Made by a program: the position numbers and the translations under genes
Shown here: piece by piece, positions 12,381 through 26,779 of the stretch
How positions within the stretch are numbered: the stretch's first letter is position 1
How the letters are laid out: each line of letters begins with the position of its first letter
DNA from: Eledone cirrhosa
Lineage: Eukaryota
DNA length: 64,000 nt
Direction of reading: 5' to 3'
Assembly: GCA_964016885.1 (NCBI GenBank)
Contig: OZ024743.1
Coordinates: 126,356,001 to 126,420,000, forward strand
The notes under the pieces: model-generated
Seen by the model: only the letters and a program-made list of their open reading frames with translations
Databases searched by the model: none
Told to the model about the DNA's origin: nothing

Positions 12381-13300
12381 CTAGCAGAGGTACTCAGAAA
12401 TGCCCGGGTATTTTATGAAATGAACAATATATTTTGGCACATATTACAAAATATTTGACTAATGAAATATGATTGCTGTAATTTAACTAAAGTAGGGATT
12501 GTAGCAGAATTTTCATTGTTCAATGCAAATCTATATAAAATATTAGTTTTGTCCAGCAGTGTTCTTTTGAATACTACTCCCTTTTACAGCATATATAATG
12601 CTTCACTCATAGATGAATCACTATGTATGTTGTCAGTGAAAAGGGCAGGATCAAAAAATAAATTTGGAAATTTTTATTTATCTTCTTTTGTTGCACAATC
12701 AGAACCTCCGAAATTCCAAACAAGGCTATTTTGAAAACCATAAATAAAATAAAATAAAAAATAAAGTTAGCATTGGCTCATGAATGAACTATTATGAAGC
12801 ATTTACTTTCTCATTTCTGTAATTCAGGAAATAATATTTAGATTTTTACACTGTAGCTTTCACTCACCTTTGCCTTGAAGGCAGTAAGATCGTGTTTGAG
12901 GGAGATTTGTTTTCTATTTCTGTAAGGTATACCAACAATTATTGTGGTAAAGTGGGGACTTCAGAATTCTTTACAAACTATATGACTAATGAATTAGGAT
13001 CTGTGTATTGCCATTGAAGTAGGAATTACGATATTGTCTTGTTCATATACTTTTACATTCCAAAGCTTCTGGATAATTTACAATCTGGTCCTGGGAAGAG
13101 ACTATCTACTGATTTCTAGCATCGTTTCTCTCCCAGTAAATATATCCAGTAGCTTTCTGTTGATTTCTTTCACAGTAACATTTTTCAGTGCTGACATTAT
13201 TCCTTCAAAGAGCCATTTGGGATCACATTGTCTGATCTGAATGTTTGGAAAGATTCAGGAAATCAGTTCTTGATCTGTTTGAATGATATGGCCAAATGAC
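12381..13300 (-). mobile_element. Decayed Helitron with PIF1-type helicase remnants
   Basis: 3' CTAG at 12381 with a subterminal hairpin (TACCCGGG..CTGAGTA). Manual minus-strand translation of ~13100-13280 gives ELIS*IFPNIQIRQCDPKWLFEGIMSALKNVTVKEINRKLLDIFTG, resembling Helitron helicase. Confidence 0.6.
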
Positions 13301-14011
13301 AACTGAATCTGGTCTTTGAAGTCCTTTTTAAGAAGTTCATTTTGCAATTTGAGTGGCTGGATGGTAAAATCCCTGAGACCTTCATCACCAGTCAAGAATT
13401 ATAATAAACAAAAGTAGGTTATGGACTGAGTCCTAAAGAACATCTAACTACACATTGAATTCCTCACTGAACTTGTTACCTACTTTTATGAGCATCTCAT
13501 ATACACCCAGTTTCCTTAATGATCACCATGACCAGATCATGGAACTCTGTCAGAAACCTTCTCCAGCCCAACTAAATATAGTGGCTTACACTTGACTGGA
13601 AACGTTTCTCATAATTTTCTCATTAAGAAGAGGATATCTGTGGTGCTATTTCTTGGCATAAAACCAAACTGCATCTCATCTAAGTTAATCAATGATATCC
13701 TTCACATTTCACTATAAGAAATAATTGTTTCTACTTTTGGCACAAGGCCAGCAATTACCCAGTACATTACTGGTACTTTATTTTATCGACCCCGTAAGGA
13801 TGAAAGGCAAAGTTAACCTCGGCAGGATTTGAACTCAGAATTGCAAGGGACGTAACTCCATGCGTCAAAGCTTGGCGTCCAACCCTCTACCGATACTGCC
13901 AATCCACCGCAACAACAGTAATCATATGTTTTCTAAAAGTTGACATCCAACAAATGGTTGTCTGCAAATATGTATTCAATTGAGCAGTATCTAACAAAAA
14001 TAAAACACACT

Positions 14012-14219
14012 ATTAACCCTTTTGCATCTAAGCCGGCCATATCTGGCTAGAATTCCCTCACTTCTTTCGGTTCAAACTGGCCATAACTGGTCACTCATAC
14101 TGATAAATAATATCAAAATCTCATAGATTCGATATTATGTGAGATAATTTGTGAGGTAAAACCTTTACCACAAAAATACAATAGTAATATATAGAGTAAT
14201 GTAAATGCTAAAGGCTTAA
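14012..14219. mobile_element. piggyBac-type MITE
   Basis: TTAA-CCCTTTTGCAT...ATGCTAAAGGC-TTAA; same family at 34149-34512, 37597-38005 and 48369-48583. Confidence 0.75.
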
Positions 14220-16298
14220 AGGGAACAAAAAAGGAAGAAGAAAAAAGAAGACAGAAAGGAAAAAAAAAGCAAAAGGATCAAGCAATGAAAGAAAGGGAGA
14301 GGGGGAGAGACAGTCACTACACTCCCAGTCTGTACAGTGCCTCAATCAAGCCCCACAGACAAAACAACAAATGTGTTACATAATTTGATTATTTCTCTAA
14401 TTAGTTATGCTAAAACTATTTCCAGTACTTTCACAACTCAACCATTTGTTTTATATCTCTGTACCATTTGTTTTATATATCTTGTTTTATATCTTCTTTC
14501 TAAAACATACCCCTTTCTCTTGTAATAGTTAATGATTATGCTGTTACACCAGTCACTTATTAACTATGTGGGTGACTATGTTGATTCCTACTTTTCACCA
14601 GATGATTTCAAAATCTCACCTCCCTGTTTGTCTCTTGGACACTCTGCAAAGGGATTGGTATTACGAAGGGCTTTTAGCCATAGAAAAAAAGCCAAAAATA
14701 GTTGAGAGGACCTTTCAGCTGTGTCAAGAGCATGAAACATCTCTAGTATTGATGATATGATAAAATGCTCCCAGTGTACTTTGTATTGTGCGGAAATATA
14801 TGAGATGCAACTCTTAGTCCATTTGAGAGGTCAGTTGCTCAAACTAAATATTGACTTTCTCTGGGATGACCTGTCCAACCTTAGTTAACAGGGAAAATAG
14901 AAATCATCACCCTGGATAGGTACTATTTACTGACCTTGAAATACTGAAAGACAAAGTTGACATTGGCTGGATTTGAATTCAGAGTGCTGAGGGTCAGAAC
15001 AAATACTGCAAGTCATGTAATCTGCTCTAACAAACCTTTTACTAGTGCAGACTGAGAAAATAAGAAAACTTAATATTAATTTAAATTTAAATAAAATCAG
15101 GCAATGGCCCTTTGAATTATTCTCAACACATCAAACCAGAATTTTCAGAAACTGAGGATAATTTAGTCTTCACCAAAACATTAGACACTAATTTTAAAAA
15201 TTCTTTTTACTGTTTAGTCAAAGAGTGAAGACAATTGCCTCTGACCTTGCAGTCCTCCATGGCTAGTTTGAAGAAAAGAGGAAGGTATCCTCAAACTAAA
15301 GACCTGGCTTGAGTGCTTGCAACAGAATAGATTCCACTAAAAACACCCAAGAGCCAGGTGGTGGTGGTGTTAAACTGGGCAACTGATTAAATCTACCAAA
15401 CAATTTAGTAACAGCAAATTTCAATTCAGATCACAAAGACCCAGAACAAATACTACAAGGTATCTTATCCAATACTCTAACAATTTTGCCAATTCACTGC
15501 TCTGGACTGGAATTTATTTTATTGACGCCGAATAGATGAAAGGTAAAGTTGACCCTCAGGAAGATTTGAACATAGAGCAATGAGAGCAAGAACAAATACT
15601 GTAAGGCGAATTTGTCTACACATTAATGACTACCAATACAACACCTTAGAAGTGTCTACTCCTAAACAAGATATTTCTCTTCATTGTTGTTTTTTCCACA
15701 ATTGTTGTTCTAGAGCAACAACAATATTTAGTGTTTCTAGAGAAACCACAAAGGAGATGTCAGTTATTTCTTTCAATTTATATAATTTGTAAATATCTGT
15801 TGCAATCACAAGAAGAGATTCCTGTCTTTTGTCTGACATAAAATATATTTAAAACAAAACCAAAATAAAAAAGCGACCATACACAGAAGAAGATAATTGA
15901 ATTCTGTGTCAGATTCTAGTTTGTACAAACATGATAATAAATAATATTCATGACATTTTACTGACAAACTAAAATAAAGAGGTGACTTGTGTTGAAAATT
16001 TTCTTTCCTGAATGACAGCTTTATGGAATGTAAAAATCTGCAGGGTGTTTTTTTCAGCAAATCTCTATAATAATGCTTGTACATGATATTTTGCCCGTCT
16101 GTTACACAAACACTACCATCTATCAAAAATCTTTTAAAATTTTCATTTAGAATTCATGGAACACAAATGTGAGATAAAAAAAAAAGTATGAGTAGGAGGA
16201 AATGTTCTAAATGTTCTCAAATTCATACCAGAAATCAACATTTTAGGAATGGTGTTCTCTTTCGTTCTATCTAGCAATCTATCTCATATATATATATA

Positions 16299-16330
<32 letters not shown>

Positions 16331-16335
<5 letters not shown>

Positions 16336-17522
16336 GTTACAACAGTGACATATACACGTACTTAAGTTTCATTGGGTTATACACCTCAACTTATTCAGCC
16401 TGTTACATAAAAAAACATGCCTACCCCCACGGTTGATGGAATGTTTTTTTAGAAAAAATACAAGAGCACTTCAAGGATAGGTAATTTCAAAATTAGCTAT
16501 AAATAAACAAAATTATTAGATGGGTTAAAGAATCCCTAAATCAGGGAACTTATGTTAAGTGAGTGATTCAAAGAAATCAAATTCCTTGAAATTCAAATTA
16601 GTAATTAAAAAAAAATATATTCCATGAAATTCAAATTAGTTAGTCTGGTCTATACTATTTTCTCAGAATGAATTTTGCTTTGTGTGGGCAGCAACTGAAG
16701 CAGTCAAGGCGTGTATTTAAGTAGTGTTTCTCTAAAGCCAGTTGTGAAAGTATATTCCCCTTTTCTGAATTACACAACCAGCAAAATTTCATCCCATTAA
16801 CATAGGTAGATTTTTTAAATATACTTCATTTAATGGAAAAAGATGTACCATTATTTTTAAGGCTCCATACATGGTTTGTGAGCTAGGTGGCATGTTTTTT
16901 GTCAGGATGTCTGAAGGTTCTTTGATGGTTCAGGTACCAGCTTTTGAAGAAGCTCTCGGACATTCCAACATAAGGCCAGGCGTCAGTTTGGTGGTTCTGG
17001 TTGTTAGAGGTTACTTCTGCTTGATATATCACCACTGCAGTGTTGTACTGTTGGTCTAGTGGGCATGTTTCTGACCTTCTGCATGAGCATTCATAAGGTG
17101 GAGGGCGTTTACAGGTGATGTGGACCTTAATCTTATTAGTACACGAATAGCCTATTTTCACTGTATGGTGATTGAATACCTGTCAGTATTTATGACCAAC
17201 AGGGAAGTGGAGATCTAGGAGGGCTAGGAATATTTTACTTACATTGGTTTTCACATTAAGTGAGAAAGGTGGTGTGAACCATATGACGTTTTTATGTTTA
17301 GGTTTTTTTTCTTTTTAGATGTAGGGCAGTCATCTGGAGAGTAAATGATTCTTTCGGAGAAGACGCTGTTGCTTAGTGTTGAGTTGTAGTAGGGTGCTGC
17401 CCTATCAAAGATGGCTTTGCTAAAAAAGAGGTTGAATACCGTTTTACTAATGTTATTGATAAGATTTTTTAAAAATATAGATAGGTGGGTGGCTAGAGTC
17501 CTTATAAATGTACCAAATTTTC
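16331..17522 (-). mobile_element. Decayed Penelope-like element (RT thumb, Cys linker, GIY-YIG, 3' UTR)
   Basis: ORFs 17251..17526(-) IFDRAAPYYNSTL and 16883..17161(-) CSCRRSETCPL...VIYQAEV...YVGMSESFFKSWYLNHQRTF. Confidence 0.85.
16354..16403 (-). ncRNA. Degenerate hammerhead at the 3' end of the PLE
   Basis: Minus strand ACAGG-CTGAATA(G8>T)-A-GTTGAGGT/GTAT/AACCCAAT-GAAA-CTTAAG-TA-CGTGT, with a palindromic stem III. Confidence 0.55.
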
Positions 17523-17526
17523 TCAC

Positions 17527-18900
17527 TGATATATATTATCACCCTCCAGGCTATAACTGAAGAGTTTAAAAAAGCTTGCCTTTTGGAACTCCTGTATACC
17601 ATTGATCTAACTCTAATAGCTGAATCTATGGCAGAACTTGAGAAACAATTCCTGACTTGGAAGCATAACTTGGAATTAAAAGGTCTTAAAGTGAACTTAG
17701 CAAAGACTAAAGTCCTAGTAAGTAGAAAGGAAAACAAGGCCCTAATCCCTTTAGGGAATTGGCTCTGCTCAGTGTGTAGGAAAGGGGTGGGTAGAAATTC
17801 CATCCTCTGATCCAAATGCAAATTATGGGTACAAGAGATGTAGTGGGATCTTAGGCAGGTTAGCAAAGAATGTAGGTTTTACATGTGGTCACTGCACAGA
17901 AGCAGTAAGCAACAAGTGCTCACAGGAGGGTTCTGTAGAAGCAATTGACAGCTTCTGTTACCTGGGTAACCAAATTAACAGTGGCGGTGGGTGTTCTGAA
18001 AGTACAGTAGCCAAAGTGAGAATGGGAGGGTGAAAATTCAGGGAGCTACTACTGCTGTTCGCTACAAAAGTTATTTTCCTCAGATTGTATGATGCATGTA
18101 TACGAACAGCAATGCTGTATGGAAGTGAGACATGGGCACTGTGTGCAGAAGACCTATGAAGATTGGAAAGGAATGGAGCTTACATGCTCCAATGGATGGG
18201 TAATAGTAATATACATGAACGGCAAAGCATTAATGAACTTAGAGAGAAACTGGGCATAAAAGGATCAAATGCAGTGTGCAGGAGAGGAGATTGCAGTGGT
18301 ATGGACATGTGATGCATATGAAAGATGACAACTGTATAAAAAAGTGCAGAATGGCATTTCGCAGTACTGCAGAAGACCCACCTTCCCTTGCACACGGGAT
18401 GAAGCAACACCTAGTGGTCTCTAGTTTGCACCTCTTCTCCCCTCCCCCGTCCATACACCTCCCACATTTTAACACTCCACCCTTCACCATCTAACTACCC
18501 TACCCTAGTCCTGCCTCTCCAATCCTCACGCCCCCCCCCACCCACTTTCCACTTCTGAGACACCTCCCTCATCGAACCCATGTATACAAGCCTAAAAAGA
18601 TGAAAACACTCTCCCACAATGCTGACGAAATGGCTAAAAGCTCTCAGTCCACTCCAAAAGGTGGTCATGCTAGTCCACCACATAAGGTGTTCATGTTGAT
18701 GCCATAACAAAAGAGTACCTAACCCTCATGACAAAAGTGCCCAGTTCACCCTGTAATAGTGGTCATGCTGATGACATGCAAAAAGCGCCCAGTTCACACT
18801 GTAAAGAGGTTGTTTTGAAGTCACAACAAAATTCTCCCAGACCACACTGTAAAGTGGTCATGTTGGTGACATGACAAAAATTGCATGTTAAACTATGATG
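17527..18900 (+). mobile_element. Older decayed RTE LINE (RT motifs 5-7, PHD finger, 3' UTR)
   Basis: ORF 17508..17810 [50 protein letters not shown] and 18276 QERRLQWYGHVM; many stops. Confidence 0.85.
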
Positions 18901-19364
18901 CTGATGATAATATATATATATATATATATATATAATCATTGTGTTTACATCAACTTTTCCATCTGGCATGGGTTGAGACAGTGTTTTACAGCTGGATGCC
19001 CTTCCTGACACTTTCCCTTTTAGTTGTTTCTTTCAACATGCAGGGATATGGTGTATTTATTCTAAACAAGATGCACATGATGACAATGTTATATATCATC
19101 ACCATTATCCTTTAAAATCTTTTTTCCCTGCTAGCACTAAGAAGGGTTGGACTTTATGTAAAAAACTTACCGAACAAAGTGTCAGAAGGACATTTCAGCT
19201 GTGTCATAAACATGACTATTAATAATCTACATGCTACACGACCATCCAGTACACTTCTGTAAAGTTGTTGGTGATAAGAAGCTGTAGAAAACCTTCCAAA
19301 CAAAGAGTTGGGAGGACTCTTCGGCTATCTTCCATTGTGTTGGTACCACAATAAAACACAAACA

Positions 19365-19695
19365 GTCTGTTGACATTGCTAGCAGGGAAAACAGACAATG
19401 ATGATATGTAGCAGGCAAAATGGCCATTAAATGAGGATAATATATATATATATATATATATTTATTAAAATAACAGATTAAAGTTTAAGTAAAGAATCGC
19501 TGCTTTCACCCTTAACGGGATCTTCTGAAATTCAGAAGATCCCGTTAAGGGTGAAAGCAGCGATTCTTTGCTTAAACTTTAATTTGTTATTTTAATAAAT
19601 ATATATATATATATATATATTATCCTCATTTAATGGCCATTTTGCCTGCTACATATCATCATTGTCTGTTTTCCCTGCTAGCAATGTCAACAGAC
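19365..19695. repeat. Near-perfect palindrome with 165-bp arms and a 1-nt centre (19530)
   Basis: GTCTGTTGACATTGC...GGATCTTCTGAA-A-TTCAGAAGATCC...GCAATGTCAACAGAC; about 2 mismatches. Confidence 0.95.
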
Positions 19696-20296
19696 AAATG
19701 TTTGCTCTATGGTTCTTATATATTTGATATATATATATATCCTTATCGAGCCCTCTTTGGATTTTAGTCTTCACATTTATTATATATATATATATATAGT
19801 ACCAGTAATGCACAAGGCCAGCAATTATACCAGTGCATTACTGGTACTTTATTTTATGGACCCTGTAAGGATGAAAAGCAAAGTTAACCTCAGCGGGATT
19901 TGAACTCAGATTGTAAAGGGATGTAACTCTGTGCTGCAAAGCATGGTGTCCAACCTTCCACTGATACTGCCAATCCACCGAGGAATAATAACATGAAGTC
20001 TTATTAGTTTCATGCTTGCATAATATAAGAAACAGACAACATTAGAGAGAAAGAGCGGGGCGGGGCAGACAGACAGACCAAGAACACTTTTAGCATTCTG
20101 GCATGAATTAAATCATTTTAGGGCTTTTTTTCTCTACCACCTTTTTTTAATCTCACTTTTTTCATTTCATGAATTCTAAATAAAAAAATAAAAAAATTAG
20201 AACAATTTTGTGATATTCTAGCACTTGTGTGTGATAGTCTACAGAAAACCCACTACAATTATTATGATATAGATAATTAAAAAATACACATAAAGA

Positions 20297-20845
20297 TAGA
20301 CGGTAGCCACGGAATAGGCAGACCTAGAAAAACCTGGGACGAGCTGATAAACTCCGACCTCACACACTTACACCTCTCCAAGACAATGTCACTGGACCGA
20401 GACCTTTGGCGGTACTCAGTAACAGAGAAGACCCGCCTTACCTAAATACATAGTAAAACCTACTACAGCCAGTAGGCATCTCTAACAAAATACCCCCCCC
20501 CCCCCGTCCCACCACCCCCACCCAATCCACACCACCCCGTTCTATGTAAAGTTATGTTGGTGCCACACCATCCAGGCCGAAACAAATGAGGTCGTGTAGG
20601 TGTCACGACAAAAAAACACATAGTCCACGCTGTAATGTGGCCGTGTAGGCAACATGGTAAAGACCTCCCAGTCCCACACTGTAAATGTGGTTGGTGTTAG
20701 GAAGGGCATCCAGCTGTAGAAAACCTGCCAGACAGTCCTATGCGAGCAAGACAATCACTCTTGCCTCAAGTGGGACTACCCCCGTCCAAACCCATGCAAG
20801 CGTGGAACACGGACGTTAAACGTTGATGATGATGATGATGATGAC
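20297..20845 (+). mobile_element. RTE subfamily A 3' end
   Basis: Encodes [40 protein letters not shown], followed by the same 3' UTR and (GAT)n. Confidence 0.9.
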
Positions 20846-21409
20846 AACTATATAAATAAAAATCGAATTGTGTCCGTCCGTGTGTCAATCTGCTCGTGAG
20901 ATGAATAAGTTAAAACGAAGGGGTGGGGGTGAAAATTCTATGGTGAAAAAAAAGATCAGTGTTCAATTTTTGCACAAAGCTCTGTGTGAGTACATGTGTG
21001 TGTGTGTGTTTTGTGTGAATGTATGAGTATGTAAAAGGGAGTAAGGGGGGGTAAAAAACTATGCTCTCTGTGAGTGTATGTGTCTCCAAAGGAGAATGAA
21101 CTTGATATTTTAGTCTTTTAATAAATCTAATTAATAATTATCAGAATATAAGTCTTTGTTTGGCATAATCAAATTTAACACTTTATTAGCTCCATGTTCA
21201 TCTATTATAGGAAGACAGTGACTTCCACACAGACAAATGTATACACATACACAAACACACAGACAAACATATGCACACAAACATATGCCAATACATCCAT
21301 GCTCATACACACACATACAGACAGACACACATATACACTCACATAATTACACACTCCCTAAACCCATCCACACAAATAAATGGAATAATTTTCAAATTAA
21401 TTTTTTTGT

Positions 21410-21450
<41 letters not shown>

Positions 21451-21751
21451 AGTGGTGGTGGTAGTAGACAGAATTATATATTTTTCTTTCCAGAACCTTG
21501 TAAAAATCTCTCCAGAGTCTTGTGCAAAGCACTTTGATAAAAACAGCGTTAAATCATCACTAAGTCTACTGGTGACCACCAGACTAGTAATAACATTTTC
21601 TTAGTATTTACCCTTCCTTTATCCTCCATACCTACTGATCTGAGTAAATGCTAATTAAAAATCTAATGATATTAGACAACGAGCTACGTGTCACAACAAT
21701 GGAGTAATTAGTTTGAAATATTTTTGATATACTGAATTATCTATATATCTA

Positions 21752-21802
<51 letters not shown>

Positions 21803-22377
21803 ATGTATATATATATGTGTGTGTGTGTGTGTTATAGGGTGCTTCCTAATTGGTAGCTGGGGCTGTGATTGAGTCGCTCCAATCACCAAACCATAGTGTA
21901 ATAAGGAAAAAGCGCTCAATGTCATGTGTATTCTACCAATTTGTATATTGTATTGCATGAGCAGCATAGTAAAGAGTTAAATACATTAAAAATATACTAC
22001 GTAGACTAGATTTCATAACTTTTTTAATTACACAATCAGCCCTAATACATATTTTTGTGAAAGGGTTATGTCATGATACCATGAGGTAATCCATGACATG
22101 ACATCATCAGATGGACCAATAGGTAATCCATTTGTAAAACACTGTGATTTATTGATGTGGAGACAGATCTGCATTTAATGATGTTATTCCAAAGGGCTAT
22201 TTATTCTCTCTCTACATTTTATTAACCTAATTAGATTGTTCTCTGCAAAATAATAATAGTTTTATGGTTTTCGATGATATTGGCAGTGTGCAAAACTCTG
22301 AGGTTTGGGATTTGTAGCCCTAATTCTCTCATAGAGCTATCATTGAGCTACCTGATCCTTATATATATATATATATA

Positions 22378-22790
22378 CACGAGGGGGCTTCAAAATGTTC
22401 ATGGAAAAAGGACAGTTGGAAAAAGGGTTTACGTTAAATGTTTATTTTTCAACATATTCTCGATCTAGGTCAATACACTTCTGTAAACATTGATACCAGC
22501 CTTTAGGTCGATCTGTGTAAAACTGAGGGCCATGTGATTTAAACTATGTCAAAGCAGCTTTGTTTACATCTTCAACTGGGGATCATCTTCAACCTTATCT
22601 CTTCTACTTCTAAAACGACTTATCCATTTGTAGGTTGTTGATTTCTTTAGGGCATTGTCCCCATAAACTTGCTCCAGAGTTTCAATGATCTGGCTGCTCT
22701 TCCACCCTAGCTTCACCATGAATTTGATGTCTTGATGGATGCCATGTTGCTTAAGTGGGTGCTGACTTCTGACTGGCGGCGGCGCATTGC
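22378..22790 (-). mobile_element. mariner-family DNA transposon remnant
   Basis: TIR-like ACGAGGGGGCTTCAAAATGTT next to (TA)n. The minus strand ends WYQCLQKCIDLDREYVEK*, matching the mariner transposase C-terminus. Confidence 0.75.
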
Positions 22791-25700
22791 AAAATGCATT
22801 TAAGGGTTCATGTTAGAACATGTAATGATACGTTAGTGTGAGAACATACAGGTGCATTGAAATCAAAATCCCTGCATATGATATTTAGCTATATACTTTT
22901 AAGAGGAATAAGTGGATGAAGAAGTTTTTTTTTTTATTAATAGTCACATATTTAACTGAATATTCAGTTACATATATATATTTTAATTGGGAGATGAAAC
23001 TGAGAAACAAATTTGTTATTAAATAATGGTTTCTGATTTAGGCACAAAGCTAACAATTTGAAGGAGGGGCAAATTCAATTATATCAACTCCAGTATTTCA
23101 TTGGTACTTTGTTTTATTGACTCTGGAAGGATAAAATGCAAAGTGGGCTTCAAAAAGGTTTGAACTCAGAATGTAAAGAGCTGTAACTAAATGCCATATA
23201 AAATATTTTGTCTATTCCACCAGCAGACAGACCTTTCAAATCGCTGGGGTTCATGGGAAAATTTAATTAAATAAAAGGGGTTCTTGGTAGTGTAAATGTT
23301 TGTAACAGTATTTGCTGCATTTGGGAAATAATAAGATTGGTTTATTTTGGAATTAGACAAAGATAAGGAAGAGAAAGGATATTCTGTGATATGCATACAT
23401 TTTTATAAAGCATTTGCAATGTCAGTTTTCTCACACATATTTTAGGCTCCAATCCTAATCCCAACCACAGAAAGTGAAAGTAAAAGACAATCTTTACATG
23501 TAATCTAAATCCAGGAGGATGAAATACATACTATAATAGATTAGTACTTTATCCTATTAACTCAACCATTTTTACTACATTTTTTACTAATCTTAACTTG
23601 TTGTGTACCATTTTCAGTATTTGGCAGCTCCTCGTTGGGATTACATTTTCATTTTTGCATTTTAAAACAACTTGTTAAAAATTATATAAAGAAATATTTT
23701 AATAAAATTTATTTTAATGTACTTTGTCTGAACCTATGCTTTACAAAGTAAACTAAATATCCACTAGCATGTCTTTGGCAAATAAAATTTCGGGTGTGAG
23801 GTAAAATATTTCCAGTACATTTTTGACACTCAAAGAGATAAGTGGAAAAACAACATTTTGGGAGCTGAAAAAAGTAACTTTTCCTTTAAATAAAGGATTC
23901 AAAGTAAATTTGTAAACAGTTAATATAGTGTTGAATTAAATCAACACTAATATTTTACTGGTACCTATTTTATTAACACCAAAGGTGTAGCCAGTCTTGT
24001 TTGAGATTTGAATTCAGAATGCACTGAGATGAAACTAAAACCTGTGAGGTAAAACATTTAATCTTACACTCGATCATTTCTACCAACCACCACCTAGGAA
24101 AGTAAATTAAAAAGAATAAATTGCACCCTGTACACTCTATCAAGTTGTTAGCATAAGGAACAACATGCAGCTGTAGAAGCTTTGTCAAAATATGGAACAT
24201 ATTACCAAAACATGTCTCCTTTATCTCTCTTGGACTGTGACAACTCATCCAACCCAAGTAAGCATGGAAAACAAATGTGAAATGATGATGATGAAATTAC
24301 AATATTAATGATATTCAAAATCTCTCCAAGGTCAACTTTGCCTTAGAGCATCAGACAAAATACCTTGTAGTATTTGTTTCTGTTCTTTACATTCTGAGTT
24401 CAAAGCCTGCTGTGACCTGCTATTACCTGTTTTAACAGCACCACCACAAAGACCCTGAAAATGACTATGGACACTGCCCTTCCTACCTTGATTAAACAGT
24501 GAATGAGATAAGGATGAACAATTAAGATTTCTTTCACAGAAAGATTATTAAAATATTTCTTCATAAGCATAAAGATTTATGAACAATCAAACATAGTCTA
24601 ACTAGTTCAGAGTGATAAAATTATAAATTTCTACTTGAGTATATGATATTTATGACTAACCTTTTGATTCTACTTGCCTTATTTTTTAAACCATCTACTT
24701 CATCAATAATTCTTGGCCAACAACTATTAGCATTTAGTATAGTTTTTCCCTGTTGTTAGTGCCAAAGATATTTGAAAAAATAAATCTTAAATGATATTGA
24801 TGCCAACAAAGTGAAAATGTAACATCTCTATGTCGAAGTATGATATTTCACAAAATTATCAAAGCTATCCTGATGTACAAAGATAATATTTTAAGCTAAA
24901 TAGTAATGAAAATGTGAATATTTAGCAAAGTAAAGGATCACGATGAGTTCCTCTATAAGGGTAGTAACTGATACAGAGTAGAAGGTATTTCCAAATCTTC
25001 AGCATAGGACAACCTTTCTACTGGTGATAACATGATAAAATACACCTAGTACACTCTCATGATAAAATACACCCAGTACACTCTCTAAAGGTACAACTCT
25101 GATAAGGAAGGACATCCAGCTATAGAAACCATGCCAAAAATGGAATATATGAGCAAGATATGGATGGACCCCATGAAGCTGTATCACAGACAACCTATCT
25201 AGGAGGGTAATATTTACAAATTGGCAGTGGACTGACAATCTCAGACATACTCTACACACATTATGACCTTACAATAGGCCTTGTGTCTTGCTGCACACAT
25301 TGCCACCAGTAGAAATGCCTGAACCCACATATATAAATCAGGGAGGGAAGGAAAGTGATCATAACCATTTCCAGAGCCTCTGAGACTGGTGAGGGAGGTG
25401 TAAGAAGGTAATCTCAAACTGGAGATTGGATTGAATGCTTGCAACAGAGTGAGCTCTAAATAAAGGTACATATGAGCCAGATGGTGGTGTTAAACTGGAT
25501 GACAGATGAAGTCTAACACCTAAGTAGGCTGCAGTAGAGTTTAAACTCAAAATGTTAAGAGTCATAACAAATACCCAAGGTATCTTGTTCTACATTCTAA
25601 GAATTCCACTAATCTACCAGGATTTGAGCTCAGAGCACCACAGACAGTTACAACAAATTGGCACAAATCATTTTGTCTGTTGCTGCTATAATAATGATTT

Positions 25701-26741
25701 CTAATTTAGGCACAACATCAGGAATTTGTGGGAAGGAAAAGGTCAATTATACTTTACTGCCACTTTATTTTATTGACCGTGGAAGGATGAAAAGTAAAGT
25801 TGACCTTGGATGAATTCAAACTCAGAATGTAAAGGGCTGCAAAGCATTTTGTTCAAGACTCAAACAATTCTACCAATCCACTGCCCTGTTCATTGTTCTA
25901 ATAATTGTTTCTACTTTTGGCACAAGGCCAGCAATTACCCAGTGCATTACTGGTACTTTATTTTATCTACCCCGTAAGGATGACAGGCAAAGTTCACCTT
26001 GGCGGGATTTGAACTCAGACCGTAAAGGGACGTAACTATGCTGGAAAGCATGAATGATTGCCAATTCTCCAGCAGCCCTGAATTAGCTATTATGCAAAAT
26101 AGGCACATACTTAAGTCCTCAAGAAAAGAGGGTCCCCACATACTTTTTATCCAGTACAGTATGTTGGAGCTTTGTTCCATATACAGTATATGGGAGTATC
26201 ATAATCTCTTCAGTGTTTAGGTTCTTTAAAGGTTTTAACCAGCCCTGATTTCCAGTTAAGAAAACAGTAAGAATTTGATAAGACAGAAGTTCTGACAAAT
26301 TGAGAAACTAATCAGGCTGTTTTAATTCTAAACAAAAAACAAAGTTAAATATGCTTGACGAGAATATGAGAAGTGTGTAGTTTGATTACTTGCAGGTGCC
26401 TCTCATCACATTTTTCCATCTCTTTAGGTACTTTATCTAATTTATTCAACTTTAATTTATAGTCATCAACTATATTATAATTATCTGCACTGTGGTGACT
26501 ATGTTTAAAAAAAAAACAAAGATTATATCATCATCATCCTCAATTTTACATCAGTTGGAAATAACTTTCTTTGAGACTCTATTTTACAGTCAGATGCTGT
26601 TCATGTTTATATTTTAGTAAGGTACTGATCTTTTCAGGCTGAATCACTGAACTACAAGACATATTGTAAATGCAAGACATAGACAAATATCACTCTTCGG
26701 AGTGCCAAATGCAAAGTAATCACGCACACACACATATGGGG

Positions 26742-26774
<33 letters not shown>

Positions 26775-26779
<5 letters not shown>

